Positions 8,757-17,883 of a stretch of DNA of 64,000 bases are shown here, in pieces. This DNA comes from an uncultured Gammaproteobacteria bacterium (GTDB taxonomy: Bacteria > Patescibacteriota > Microgenomatia > UBA10105 > UBA927): the NCBI GenBank assembly GCA_964573695.1, contig CAZNKB010000006.1, positions 8,879 to 72,878 of the forward strand. The letters are read 5' to 3'. Made by a program: the position numbers and the translations under genes. How positions within the stretch are numbered: the first letter of the stretch is position 1; every line of letters starts with the position of its first letter. The notes under the pieces are model-generated. The model had not been told where the DNA came from. It was given only the letters and a program-made list of their open reading frames with translations, and did not search any database.

Positions 8757-10179
8757 AGTTTACATAAAATCCGTCTGTTTCAGGGTTGAGTATCGAGGCT
8801 TTTGATGCTGTTTGGAATGGGCCGCAGGCAGCGATCACCATGTCAATATCACGGGCAAGGACATAGGCTTTTTTGCACACTCCGTTTGTCTTGTATATGG
8901 CAGTTGTCGGATGATCCAGGTCGGTGTGATTCGTGCGGTCGGTAAATATTTCCGGAGTCGGTGAATAGATTGCTGGCCACCGATCAAGGACAAATCTGGC
9001 TATGGGTGAGTGCGTGAGTGTATCGCTAAATCTTGGAAAGATATAGTGATTAAGTGACAGAATATATATTTGGGATATCAGGGTGAGAATAAGTATTCCG
9101 GTCCAAAGTGGTTTTGGCTTGGCGTAGCGCACTGCGGCGGCGATAAGAAACGGCACCATGACAATCGCATGCCGGCTCGGTCCGAATCCCGATGTACCGT
9201 AATGCCACGCCGGGTTGGTTTGAAAGGCAAGTAGGGTTGCGAACCCTATGAGCGTAAGCCAGAGCACCTTTTTGTCGTGTCGTATGGTGGCCATTATGCT
9301 CACGATTCCTGTGATAACCAACATCGGTGCATACCAAAATACGCCTATATTGAGATCAAAAAACTGTTCAAAAAGTTTTCTGATGTGTGCGTTTTGTAGC
9401 CCAAAACCGTTTATAGTAGTCCATCCGTCTTCTAGCATTGTCCAGGGGGTAAAAGATCCGAATATGATGAAGTTATAAAGATAAGGCAATCCCGCAAGGG
9501 ACAAGGTTACTGTTGTACGTATCACGACTTTTTTGTCTACTATCCTGTGTTTTTGTAGTACTCCAAAGAGGAGCATCCCCATGGTGGTGATTATCATCGG
9601 TTGGGATTGCCAGGATGCGATAGCCGTGAGTAGTGCCGCAGGAAATATTCCTCCTTCATAAAACCAAATGAGTGAGATGAGAAGCAGCGACAGGGAAAAT
9701 ACATCCGGCCCCGGCCACCAGAGGAAAAAAATGATCGGCGAGGTAAGAGTAAGCAGGACAAACGTCATTTGGCGCGAAGGCTCCTTCATAAACCGGAGCA
9801 ATATCGTGGTAACCATTCCAAAAAAAATAAGCGTGTTGAACAGAGAAAACACATGGAATTCCGGCATACGGAGCTGCTCTAGAACCAGGCGCACGGGGAC
9901 AAGGAGCAGTGAGTATGCGACGAAGTGCACCGGATATCGGTTTCCGTCGAGCCCGGGTACATAATACCCGGGATTCGAGAAATATTCGGGATGTAGCCGT
10001 TGGGATAGAAGTGTTTGGTCTTCGGGCGTGAGGACCACGGTTCCGTGTCGTAAGACCGACTCGGTGATGCCGAAGTATTCGACAATATCGCCAGCAGGTT
10101 CGGGAGGCTGGGAGGCCAAAAATGCTCCGAAGATGAGCCCTGCAAGAAGCAGGGTAAGAGCGAGCGGGAATAATTTCAT
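8749..10179 (-). CDS. multi-TM membrane protein, GT-C-like
   Basis: 476 aa, many TMs, GDxxEY in the first loop; stop overlaps the start of the 966-aa gene. Confidence 0.7.
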   Translation of the reverse strand: MKLFPLALTLLLAGLIFGAFLASQPPEPAGDIVEYFGITESVLRHGTVVLTPEDQTLLSQRLHPEYFSNPGYYVPGLDGNRYPVHFVAYSLLLVPVRLVLEQLRMPEFHVFSLFNTLIFFGMVTTILLRFMKEPSRQMTFVLLTLTSPIIFFLWWPGPDVFSLSLLLISLIWFYEGGIFPAALLTAIASWQSQPMIITTMGMLLFGVLQKHRIVDKKVVIRTTVTLSLAGLPYLYNFIIFGSFTPWTMLEDGWTTINGFGLQNAHIRKLFEQFFDLNIGVFWYAPMLVITGIVSIMATIRHDKKVLWLTLIGFATLLAFQTNPAWHYGTSGFGPSRHAIVMVPFLIAAAVRYAKPKPLWTGILILTLISQIYILSLNHYIFPRFSDTLTHSPIARFVLDRWPAIYSPTPEIFTDRTNHTDLDHPTTAIYKTNGVCKKAYVLARDIDMVIAACGPFQTASKASILNPETDGFYVNYD

Positions 10180-10189
10180 AGGCAGTATT

Positions 10190-11545
10190 TCAAGTATATC
10201 GTATTACAGCGCGTGTGCTTAGGGAAATGGCGGGAGAAAATATGATATCCTCGTACCCTTTGGCGACCTTGCCGTACGATCGGGAAGAGCGAAGATTGGT
10301 CGCCATGGCCGCGAGTTTGGTTTTACGGCCGTTTATAAGCACGTCGTGGGTCATATCGATAATGGACTGCGGATACAGATCAAACGTGATGTCGCTGGTT
10401 TTGAGTCCTGCGTCGTTTAGTTGCCGTACGAAATCCTCGCTGTGAAACATCTCTGCCAGAGGGCGCGATATGATAAACGGTTTTTTGTAGGAGAACACGA
10501 GAGAGAGTACTCCTGATGCCGTCATATAGTGGCGGTAAGGAAATACAACCAAATCAGCTGCCGAAAAATACGTCGCGATATCTTTTTGGGGCACGTATCC
10601 GGTAAGTGTGATGTGATTGCTGGTGCGGACAACTTGGCGCACGTCGCGGAAGAAATTCTGGTAATAATGTCGGTTTGCAAGCGTCGGGCTTTCGCCGCCG
10701 GCGATAATGATGTGTACTTTTTTACCAAGCATTTTTTGGACACGGGCAAATGTCCGCGCAAAGATATCAGCGCCCTTGAACCAATTGATGTACCCGAAAA
10801 ACATGATGACGTGGTCACGCGCAGGGATACCGAGTTTTTTGCGGGCGAGTTTCGTGTCTATCGGCTTTAGGTTGGTGTCTACGCCATGCGGCACCGAAAC
10901 CGCATTTACCCAGGGAGCGAGGCTTTCCAGCTTTTCTTTAAGCGATGCCTCCAGTACGATGACCCGTGTTGAAACAAATGCCAGAATTCGGTAAAAAGTG
11001 TGGAATAGCAAATTGTAGATGTTCCCGATAAACTGGTCTTTGGGGCCACTTCCAAGACCTACGTGACCCTTAAGTTTCATGACATCGTCAACCACGTGAT
11101 GAAGGGTCACAAACGTCCGGTACTTGAGCATCCTTAGGAGTCCCAAAAACACGAGCCCGAGAGACGAAACGAATGGGTTGCCGTACATGGCAAAATCATA
11201 CTGTGCGAGCAGTGAGGTAGTGAGCGGGAACAGACGGATAGTTCGATAGATATCGAGCCACATGTCCGCTTTGCCGTGTCTGTAACATCGTATGACCAGA
11301 ACATGGTCTTCTGTATAAGCCTCCGGTTGTGAGTCGATATCGCAAAGTACGATGACACGGCGATCAAGATTTTTGAGCACGTTTTTGGTGTATGAGGCGA
11401 CCCCTGTTTTGCCGGTCGAATACGTTTCTCCCCGTTTCGGGTAGGGAGAAACCACGACAAGCGTATCGGGGTTGTTGTACCGTTTTATGGTCGTATTTGA
11501 TATGGTAGGCATACGATTCATACCAGGTAGTGAAATTTCGACCAT
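10190..11545 (-). CDS. glycosyltransferase family 4
   Basis: GVASYT, FFGYINWFKG and ADLVVFPY...SGVL motifs of the GT-B fold; start uncertain. Confidence 0.85.
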   Translation of the reverse strand: MVEISLPGMNRMPTISNTTIKRYNNPDTLVVVSPYPKRGETYSTGKTGVASYTKNVLKNLDRRVIVLCDIDSQPEAYTEDHVLVIRCYRHGKADMWLDIYRTIRLFPLTTSLLAQYDFAMYGNPFVSSLGLVFLGLLRMLKYRTFVTLHHVVDDVMKLKGHVGLGSGPKDQFIGNIYNLLFHTFYRILAFVSTRVIVLEASLKEKLESLAPWVNAVSVPHGVDTNLKPIDTKLARKKLGIPARDHVIMFFGYINWFKGADIFARTFARVQKMLGKKVHIIIAGGESPTLANRHYYQNFFRDVRQVVRTSNHITLTGYVPQKDIATYFSAADLVVFPYRHYMTASGVLSLVFSYKKPFIISRPLAEMFHSEDFVRQLNDAGLKTSDITFDLYPQSIIDMTHDVLINGRKTKLAAMATNLRSSRSYGKVAKGYEDIIFSPAISLSTRAVIRYT

Positions 11546-11862
11546 TGCATTTTTTACGCTGTCGGAATTTCAGGCTCCTTTTTTAAACTGATTGTCTATA
11601 TATCAGGTCGTCTATTCGACGTGCAATGAACGAAAGCGTGTCGAAATTCTACTACCTGGCATATAGTTTTTTCATTACCCGGCCCTGATTGGACAGGGAG
11701 GGCCGGGTAATGAAATATATTATTTGCGTTGTCCTGAACAGAGAAGTGTTTCTCTTTTCGGGACAACGGCATACAGGGATTGTAAAACTACAAAAAAGAT
11801 CGAAGCATAAAAGCTTCAAAATTTAATGCAGTCTACAATTGTAGCCATTTGTCCGACCAATC

Positions 11863-11891
11863 CTGGCCGAGGGTTTGTAGCCCTCGGCCAG
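11863..11891. terminator. 11-bp perfect hairpin downstream of lipoprotein gene 1
   Basis: CTGGCCGAGGG-tttgtag-CCCTCGGCCAG; no clear U-tract on the minus strand. Confidence 0.45.
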
Positions 11892-11912
11892 TTTGTTAGT
11901 TGGTCAGCCAGG

Positions 11913-13121
11913 TTATGGCTTGCAGGTGAATGAGGCTTCCTCAAAGTTCAACTGCTCCAGCAAATAAGCGTCATCGGCAAAGACCGAAACGGCGCCATTG
12001 GCGGCGGTCCACACATCAAACCATCCCGGGCCTCCGGGGTGGGTCAGGTGGTGAAAACCATTGCCTTTGCTGTTGAAGACCCATGCTCCGCCGTCCCAAT
12101 CAGGCTCAGTCCAGAACGAAGGTTCATCACCTCCGAGAATGGCTGTAGCCATGACGGTGCTGGTGGGGCAAGTGGCATCGAGTTCGGGCTGAACCCAGAG
12201 ACCGCGGAGGTTCAGGTTTTTGCCCGGCACGGTGCCATAGCGGGGGTCCTGGCGGAACCCGTAGTTGAATTCGCGCGCCATGAGCGTGACGGCATCGTGA
12301 ACCCATTGTTGGTCTGCGCTGGTGTAGGTTTCCAACTGTCGAATCGTCGCGCCGTACACCCACATGCCCTTATGCGGACCATAGTTCACCGAGACCTTGC
12401 CGTTGGCTTGGGTCACCGTGTACTCGAAGTTATCGAGGAACGGCTGGTAGTACAGACCGATACCAACAGCCTGCACGACCCATTCGCCGCACCCTTCCCA
12501 GGGTACTGCCAAACCATTCTTCAACGGCTTGACGCCGTCATCGGACCAGCCATGGGCGGCGGTCAGTTGGGCGTTGGTGAGGCACGCGGTGGTTGTCGTA
12601 TAGTTCAGGTCCACATTCTGCGCTTCCGCGGGCGCTTCGGTGAAGCTTGCGGGTGCGGGCAGAACTTTGCCGGTACACGGGATGACAACCGGACCAACCT
12701 GAACGTAGGGCGCGCCGCTGGCACAAGACGACACAACCGTGTTGTAGACCGTCTGCTCATCAGAAGGCGCTACCACGGTGGCAGTCGGGTTGCCGAACAA
12801 CAAATACGCCGTAGGCGTGCTGGTCGGAAGTGCGGGCAACGTGGCGGTTGACGTGAACGTCGGGATGCCGGTTTCCGCCGCGTAGGTCGCCGCGATATTC
12901 GTCTGCACGATTTGACCGCTGGCAAGGGTATTGGTCGGTCCAGGACCCTGCGTCGCCGTGCCGTTGACGTTAACATACGCCTGCGTCAATGCGGACTTCA
13001 TCGTCGCGGTGGCGTACGAGTCGTCAATGACTTCCTGAGGAGTCGTCCCCAGGCAAGCCAGTGTGACCGCCAAAATCATGAAGGCGGCTGCAATGATGTT
13101 GAACGTGCGATTTTTGAACAT
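11913..13121 (-). CDS. putative lipoprotein with Pro/Thr-rich linker
   Basis: MFKNRTF...ILAVTLA|C lipobox; AAGGAGA SD; Cys/Trp-rich globular domain. Confidence 0.85.
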   Translation of the reverse strand: MFKNRTFNIIAAAFMILAVTLACLGTTPQEVIDDSYATATMKSALTQAYVNVNGTATQGPGPTNTLASGQIVQTNIAATYAAETGIPTFTSTATLPALPTSTPTAYLLFGNPTATVVAPSDEQTVYNTVVSSCASGAPYVQVGPVVIPCTGKVLPAPASFTEAPAEAQNVDLNYTTTTACLTNAQLTAAHGWSDDGVKPLKNGLAVPWEGCGEWVVQAVGIGLYYQPFLDNFEYTVTQANGKVSVNYGPHKGMWVYGATIRQLETYTSADQQWVHDAVTLMAREFNYGFRQDPRYGTVPGKNLNLRGLWVQPELDATCPTSTVMATAILGGDEPSFWTEPDWDGGAWVFNSKGNGFHHLTHPGGPGWFDVWTAANGAVSVFADDAYLLEQLNFEEASFTCKP

Positions 13122-13214
13122 GGCTAAGTTTTCTCCTTTTAGCCTCCGAGTAGTTATTAGCTCTCGGACAAGTTGAGATTGGATATCACAGAAAGCGAAA
13201 AGGTTTTTGAGTCC

Positions 13215-13346
13215 CTAATTACCTCCTGAGTGAATTTTTCCGAGTACCCGAAAGTACTCGAAGAAAAAATATGAACCGGCTACCGCCATAAAAGCAATGA
13301 CAAGCAGTAACCAGATGGTTCCGAGCGTTTTGCGCAACCTCTTCAT
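13215..13346 (-). CDS. possible 43-aa single-TM peptide
   Basis: Manual translation MKRLRKTLGTIWLLLVIAFMAVAGSYFFFEYFRVLGKIHSGGN; TAAGGT immediately upstream; starts 10 nt after the upstream stop. Confidence 0.4.
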   Translation of the reverse strand: MKRLRKTLGTIWLLLVIAFMAVAGSYFFFEYFRVLGKIHSGGN

Positions 13347-13356
13347 ACCTTACTCG

Positions 13357-14271
13357 CTATTCCCGGCACGTGGTCGTGATGAGATCCAGATAGACGTTGG
13401 TGCCGTTGACGATGACTTCGAAGTGACCGCCAGTGACGTCCATCTCCACCAGTTGGAGCGAGGTTCCTGCTGGAACCGTTCCCAGCTGGGTGTTGGTCGC
13501 ATCAAAGTACGGGACATCTGCGTCGCCATCGTGCATAACGAACCAGGTGTACCAGTTGCCGTCGCGTGTATAGCCCTCTGAGCATTGCCCATGGCTGTAG
13601 TCGTTGAGCGCGATGTAGACTCTGGCCGTGCTGGTGACGTAGGTCACGCCGTCGTAAGTGACATGACTCTGATCAACGTAGGTTACGTCAGTGCCGTTTT
13701 CGACCCACATGACAGGTTGATAGGTCTCCGTCAGAAGCAGTGTCCCCATGCCATTAGCATTGACCAACTTGTAGTCTTTGCCGGCTTTGGGAGCCAGTGC
13801 CGCTGTGTGGGTTTTGTTCCAGACGCCGATTTCCAGCCGCGGGTCATAGTCGCCAATCAACTGATCGCAGGCAACTTTCACGCCGCCGATGTACATGGAT
13901 TCGGGGCGATAGCCGACAACGAGTGACTGGCACAGGTCGTGGGCTTTCAACTCCGCCATGATTACGGCGTTAGGAATCATGCGCACGTCGCCAAGGGACA
14001 AATTCGGCGGGTCGCAGGTTATTGAGTCCGCGTTGCTTGACGCCGACGCCACGGTGATTTCGTACTTGCCGAAGTCCGGGGCATCCGTCGATTCGCCGTA
14101 GTCGCAGACGATTTGCTGGGTCGTCTTGGTCGGTTCAGGCGTGGCAGTCTGGGTCGGTGCTTCGGTTGCCATCGTTTCCACGGGTTGCGCAGGCGCAATC
14201 GGTGTAACGTTTCGGCACGCGAGCAAGAGCGCAATCGCAAGCATCAGGCCTGCAAATTTGTTCTGCTTCAT
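13357..14271 (-). CDS. putative lipoprotein
   Basis: MKQNKFAGLMLAIALLLA|C; PT-rich linker; GGAGA SD. Confidence 0.85.
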   Translation of the reverse strand: MKQNKFAGLMLAIALLLACRNVTPIAPAQPVETMATEAPTQTATPEPTKTTQQIVCDYGESTDAPDFGKYEITVASASSNADSITCDPPNLSLGDVRMIPNAVIMAELKAHDLCQSLVVGYRPESMYIGGVKVACDQLIGDYDPRLEIGVWNKTHTAALAPKAGKDYKLVNANGMGTLLLTETYQPVMWVENGTDVTYVDQSHVTYDGVTYVTSTARVYIALNDYSHGQCSEGYTRDGNWYTWFVMHDGDADVPYFDATNTQLGTVPAGTSLQLVEMDVTGGHFEVIVNGTNVYLDLITTTCRE

Positions 14272-14291
14272 GTTTGCTCTCCGTTAAACCA

Positions 14292-15317
14292 TTACTGTTG
14301 CGGGCTCGGAAACGCGCCGCTCATATTGACGAGAACCGTTAGGTCATCATCAACAGTGAAATACGATGAGCCGTTCTCTGTCCGCAGATAGGTGCCGTGG
14401 ACGCAGTATTCCATCGGATCGTCAAAACCGTAGAAACCGACCTCGCCATCCGCGCAGACGTAATAGTTCCAGCCGGGATGCATCTCTTCGATGGAAACCC
14501 ATGCATAGCCGCCAGGAACATACCTCACATCCAGCGTGTAGGCGGTGTCATCATACAGCACGCGATACTTGTCCTTGTTGAGCGTGGTCGTCGGAATGCA
14601 CTTCTGAGTTTGATTGTTAATCAGAAGTCTTTCGCCATGCTGGCTCCAATCGCCTTCAATGAGAGACAGGTCAATGGCGCTCGGAAAGAGCCAGATATCG
14701 GCTTGCGGGATATTCACGCATTGCAGATACTGATTGCCGTTTTCCTGGTTTTCCCATGTAATGAGCGGCGCCTGCGGGAGGGGCGCGACATTCGCAGTCT
14801 GGCTTTTGACGGTGACGCTTGTGGTGCCGATGACGCTCCATGTGTCGCTCGTACAGAGTATCGAATACTCGTCTTCCACTGTCTGCGGGTAGACCGTCCA
14901 CTCGCTTCCAGCTTCCGAATATCTGCCTTCGCTGATGATTTGTTTGCAGGTCGTGCTTTCCAACTTGTCGTTTGCCTCATTGATGAGGTCCACATCCGCG
15001 GTCAGGGCGACGGGGTCGTTTTCATAGATCCACGTTCCTGCTTCGAGTCGAACATAGCCGCGCACGAACTGGTTGTTGATGTACGCCGAGAACGTATCGT
15101 TCGACGTGCATTTGAAATCGCGAACCGTAGATGCATTCACGACTTTATAGTCCGTGTTGCCGCAGTCGTTGAGAACAAACGGATCAGCGGTCATCTCGGT
15201 AGCGACAGGCGTTTCAGTAGCCTTAGGGGCTCCGCCGCCGCACGCCGCGAAAACGAACGAGCAGATAACTAACAGAACGAGCAGACCGTACTTCAACTTG
15301 CTATTTTTTGTTGCCAT
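14292..15317 (-). CDS. putative lipoprotein
   Basis: Start reassigned to MATKNSK (AAGGAGA SD); ...SFVFAA|CGGGAPKATETP lipobox. Confidence 0.85.
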   Translation of the reverse strand: MATKNSKLKYGLLVLLVICSFVFAACGGGAPKATETPVATEMTADPFVLNDCGNTDYKVVNASTVRDFKCTSNDTFSAYINNQFVRGYVRLEAGTWIYENDPVALTADVDLINEANDKLESTTCKQIISEGRYSEAGSEWTVYPQTVEDEYSILCTSDTWSVIGTTSVTVKSQTANVAPLPQAPLITWENQENGNQYLQCVNIPQADIWLFPSAIDLSLIEGDWSQHGERLLINNQTQKCIPTTTLNKDKYRVLYDDTAYTLDVRYVPGGYAWVSIEEMHPGWNYYVCADGEVGFYGFDDPMEYCVHGTYLRTENGSSYFTVDDDLTVLVNMSGAFPSPQQ

Positions 15318-15812
15318 GATTAATTTCTCCTTGTTGACTAGGGTTGCCGTCAGCCACAAGTGTGACCGATCGGTATGACTGATTTCCCTTGCGGGACGAA
15401 CGGGGTGAACGATTGAATTCTTTGTTTGGGTTGGTTTTCCTTTCCTTAGGTTGGATTGAAATTCCGTCAGATGATACATATCGGTGTGATAATGTATGTT
15501 TCCCCACTAGACGGATAGCTTGATAGAGCTAGATGTAAGAGATCCTTACTCCTCTTGATTAAATTGTGTATATTCCCCAGTTATGTACAGACCTGCCGTT
15601 CTGTACATAGTGGGGGAATATACTCACTCTTTTTCGTTCACTCGTTTTTCTAGTCGGAGAATCGCAACATCAGTGTTGTTGTCCGCTTTATTTCCGCTAT
15701 ATATTAAAAAAGAAATAATCATACATCTTTATCGTTTCACTCGATATAGCTTTACACCTCCGAGGTGGAGGAAGAAACTACAGCGAGTGGTAAAAAAGAG
15801 ATGATTTCTACC

Positions 15813-15889
15813 TCCGCCGATGAGGCAGAAGTAGTTTCCCTGTATGCCTTGTTAAAGTGCGTTTGCACCGTAATCCGCCGATGAGGCAG
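15813..15889 (+). repeat. 16-bp direct repeat TCCGCCGATGAGGCAG (15813-15828 and 15874-15889)
   Basis: Read directly; relatives at 40527-40541 (reverse), 40542-40558 and 44795-44812. Confidence 0.75.
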
Positions 15890-16194
15890 GTTAAAGTGCT
15901 ATGCTTCATCTTTACTCCAGACACACGCAATTGTGTGTCCTTTGTAAGGACTACGCATATTTCTGAGGTGTTATCCCCAGAAAAGAATCCCGCCCGCCTT
16001 CCTGCCGTAAGGCAAGACGGGACTCATTTCCGAGGGTAAGATTCCATATTTAATTGTTAAGATTTGTTTTCCTCAATGCACAACATACGGTTCTGCATTC
16101 AGGAAAAGGCACGAGTAAATGGTCCCGGTAAAGGGTATTTGGCTACGTGCCATGGTGAGAGAGTTGATTGCAGCGTGAGCTGCGAGAGAAAAGG

Positions 16195-16219
16195 GAGGCT
16201 GACAACTGGTGTCAGCCTC
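16195..16219 (-). terminator. intrinsic terminator
   Basis: GAGGCTGACA/TGTCAGCCTC 10-bp stem followed by CCTTTT on the minus strand, just after the stop at 16228. Confidence 0.65.
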
Positions 16220-16227
16220 ACTATTGG

Positions 16228-16704
16228 TTACAGGTTGTTGCCTGGCGCTGGAGTAATCAGAAGACCATTCATGATGATCAGATTCCCATTACCTTTGCAG
16301 ATAACGCCAACCGTTTCAGGTTGTCCTTTTACGGCTTCCGTACCGGACACGGTGATAGCGCCAGCACTATTCCAATCGCCAAGGCATTCATAGCCTTGAG
16401 GAGCGGACCAGCTGACGAATGCGCCGTCGTATTCGATAAAGAACGAGGCGGACGATCCGTCGTAAAAGGTGGCGGTTGCTTCCTGCAGGTCGCTTGTGTT
16501 GCAAGTGAAACTCGTCACTTCTCGCTCTTCGCTCATGACCTGGTATTCGCTTGCCTGCGATTGGGAAATCGGGCAGTACCAGTCCACAGCATAGACATGC
16601 GCGAAAGTTATCGAGCCATTGGTGAGTGGACACAGCATCACGCAAATAAGGCAAAATAGCAGGACGCCGCCAAGTACGATCCAAAGCTTTTTGTTTCGTT
16701 TCAT
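16228..16704 (-). CDS. membrane-anchored or secreted protein with Cys-rich N-terminal TM
   Basis: MKRNKKLWIVLGGVLLFCLICVMLCP; GAGGAGA SD. Confidence 0.8.
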   Translation of the reverse strand: MKRNKKLWIVLGGVLLFCLICVMLCPLTNGSITFAHVYAVDWYCPISQSQASEYQVMSEEREVTSFTCNTSDLQEATATFYDGSSASFFIEYDGAFVSWSAPQGYECLGDWNSAGAITVSGTEAVKGQPETVGVICKGNGNLIIMNGLLITPAPGNNL

Positions 16705-16770
16705 CAGATGTTCTCCTCAAAATATGATCTGAGACCGGTACGATGTAGCTGCATCGGTCCCAGTTGATGT

Positions 16771-17883
16771 TTACGTCCCCGGCGTTAGTGACGCTGACGG
16801 CGTATTCGACGGGGTAAGCGTCGGACGCGGAGTCTTGGTAGACGTAGGTAGTGCCGTCGGCGTTTGGGTCGGCGCGATTTTGTGGGTCGCGTCAAATGAA
16901 TCAAACGGCAACGCGTCGCCCAAGATGTCATCCCCGAACCAGTAGTACTCCACGCTAAGCCAGCCTCCCGAAAATTCGTCCATGCGGCTAAGCATGTATT
17001 TGAGTAGCCGGGCGTTTTCCTTGTTCGTGCCTTCGCGCGGCTTGCCGTCTTGGATGAAATAAACATTCTGCATTTCTGCATCTACTTCATCGCACGTCGC
17101 GGTGTATTCTTTCCACAGAACGACGACGGTTTTGACCACATCGCCCTCGCAAGTAAACGAACGGATTGCACCGCCGTCAAACGTGATCTTCTCGCCGGTT
17201 TTTAACTCTTCGAAGGAGCGTGCGGGAAAATGGATGCCTGCAGGAACTTCGACGTTGTGGTCATGGTCAATGGTCACCTCAATGACTTCGCTTGCCGCAG
17301 TCCCTTCGCCTCCGAATCCCTGTCGGCTGAAGATTATCGTATAACCGTTGGGCATGATGCTCTTAAGTTCGTCCTCGTTGGTATCGAGAACATACATGAG
17401 CTCATGCACAGAATCCGAGATGTTCACGTCAACCGTGCTGTTGTAGGTGTAGGCAATGTATGTGCAACCTGGCGCCAGCGTGTAAGACAAGTATGTCTCG
17501 CCGAACCAGAACGTAAATTTCCCGTTGCACTTTGCAATCAGGAACACGTTGTAGCCCTCGGTGAACTTGGTCGTATTCTTCGCGTCATGGTCGTTTTCAT
17601 CGAACCAGCGTCCGAGAAACTCTACCGGTCCGCCGTCAAATATTTCCGCGTTAATCGTGCGAAGCATCAACAAACCCGGATCGGGAATGGGGCTCGCAGT
17701 GACGGTTATAGTGGCGGTGGGCGGTTCGGTTGCTGTATTTGTGGCGCTGGGTTCCGATGTGTTCGTACCGGTTGGAAATGCGGTCGCAGTTGCGGTCGGC
17801 GCATTTGTCAGCGTTTGGCATGCAAGCATTGTAATGAGCAATGCCGCAATGAATGCCGGAAAGCGATAGGCCTTCGTTTTCAT
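16771..17883 (-). CDS. putative lipoprotein with PT-rich N- and C-terminal segments
   Basis: ...LLITMLA|CQTLTNAPTATAT; GGGAGA SD. Confidence 0.85.
   Translation of the reverse strand: MKTKAYRFPAFIAALLITMLACQTLTNAPTATATAFPTGTNTSEPSATNTATEPPTATITVTASPIPDPGLLMLRTINAEIFDGGPVEFLGRWFDENDHDAKNTTKFTEGYNVFLIAKCNGKFTFWFGETYLSYTLAPGCTYIAYTYNSTVDVNISDSVHELMYVLDTNEDELKSIMPNGYTIIFSRQGFGGEGTAASEVIEVTIDHDHNVEVPAGIHFPARSFEELKTGEKITFDGGAIRSFTCEGDVVKTVVVLWKEYTATCDEVDAEMQNVYFIQDGKPREGTNKENARLLKYMLSRMDEFSGGWLSVEYYWFGDDILGDALPFDSFDATHKIAPTQTPTALPTSTKTPRPTLTPSNTPSASLTPGT

Noticed and set aside
15318-15479. 54-aa N-terminal extension of lipoprotein 3
   Set aside because: The SD and signal peptide point to the ATG at 15317.
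15857-16100. Group II intron (GTGCG at 15857, CATACGGTTC near 16085)
   Set aside because: No 5' half of domain V pairs with the ACGGTTC segment and there is no RT/maturase.
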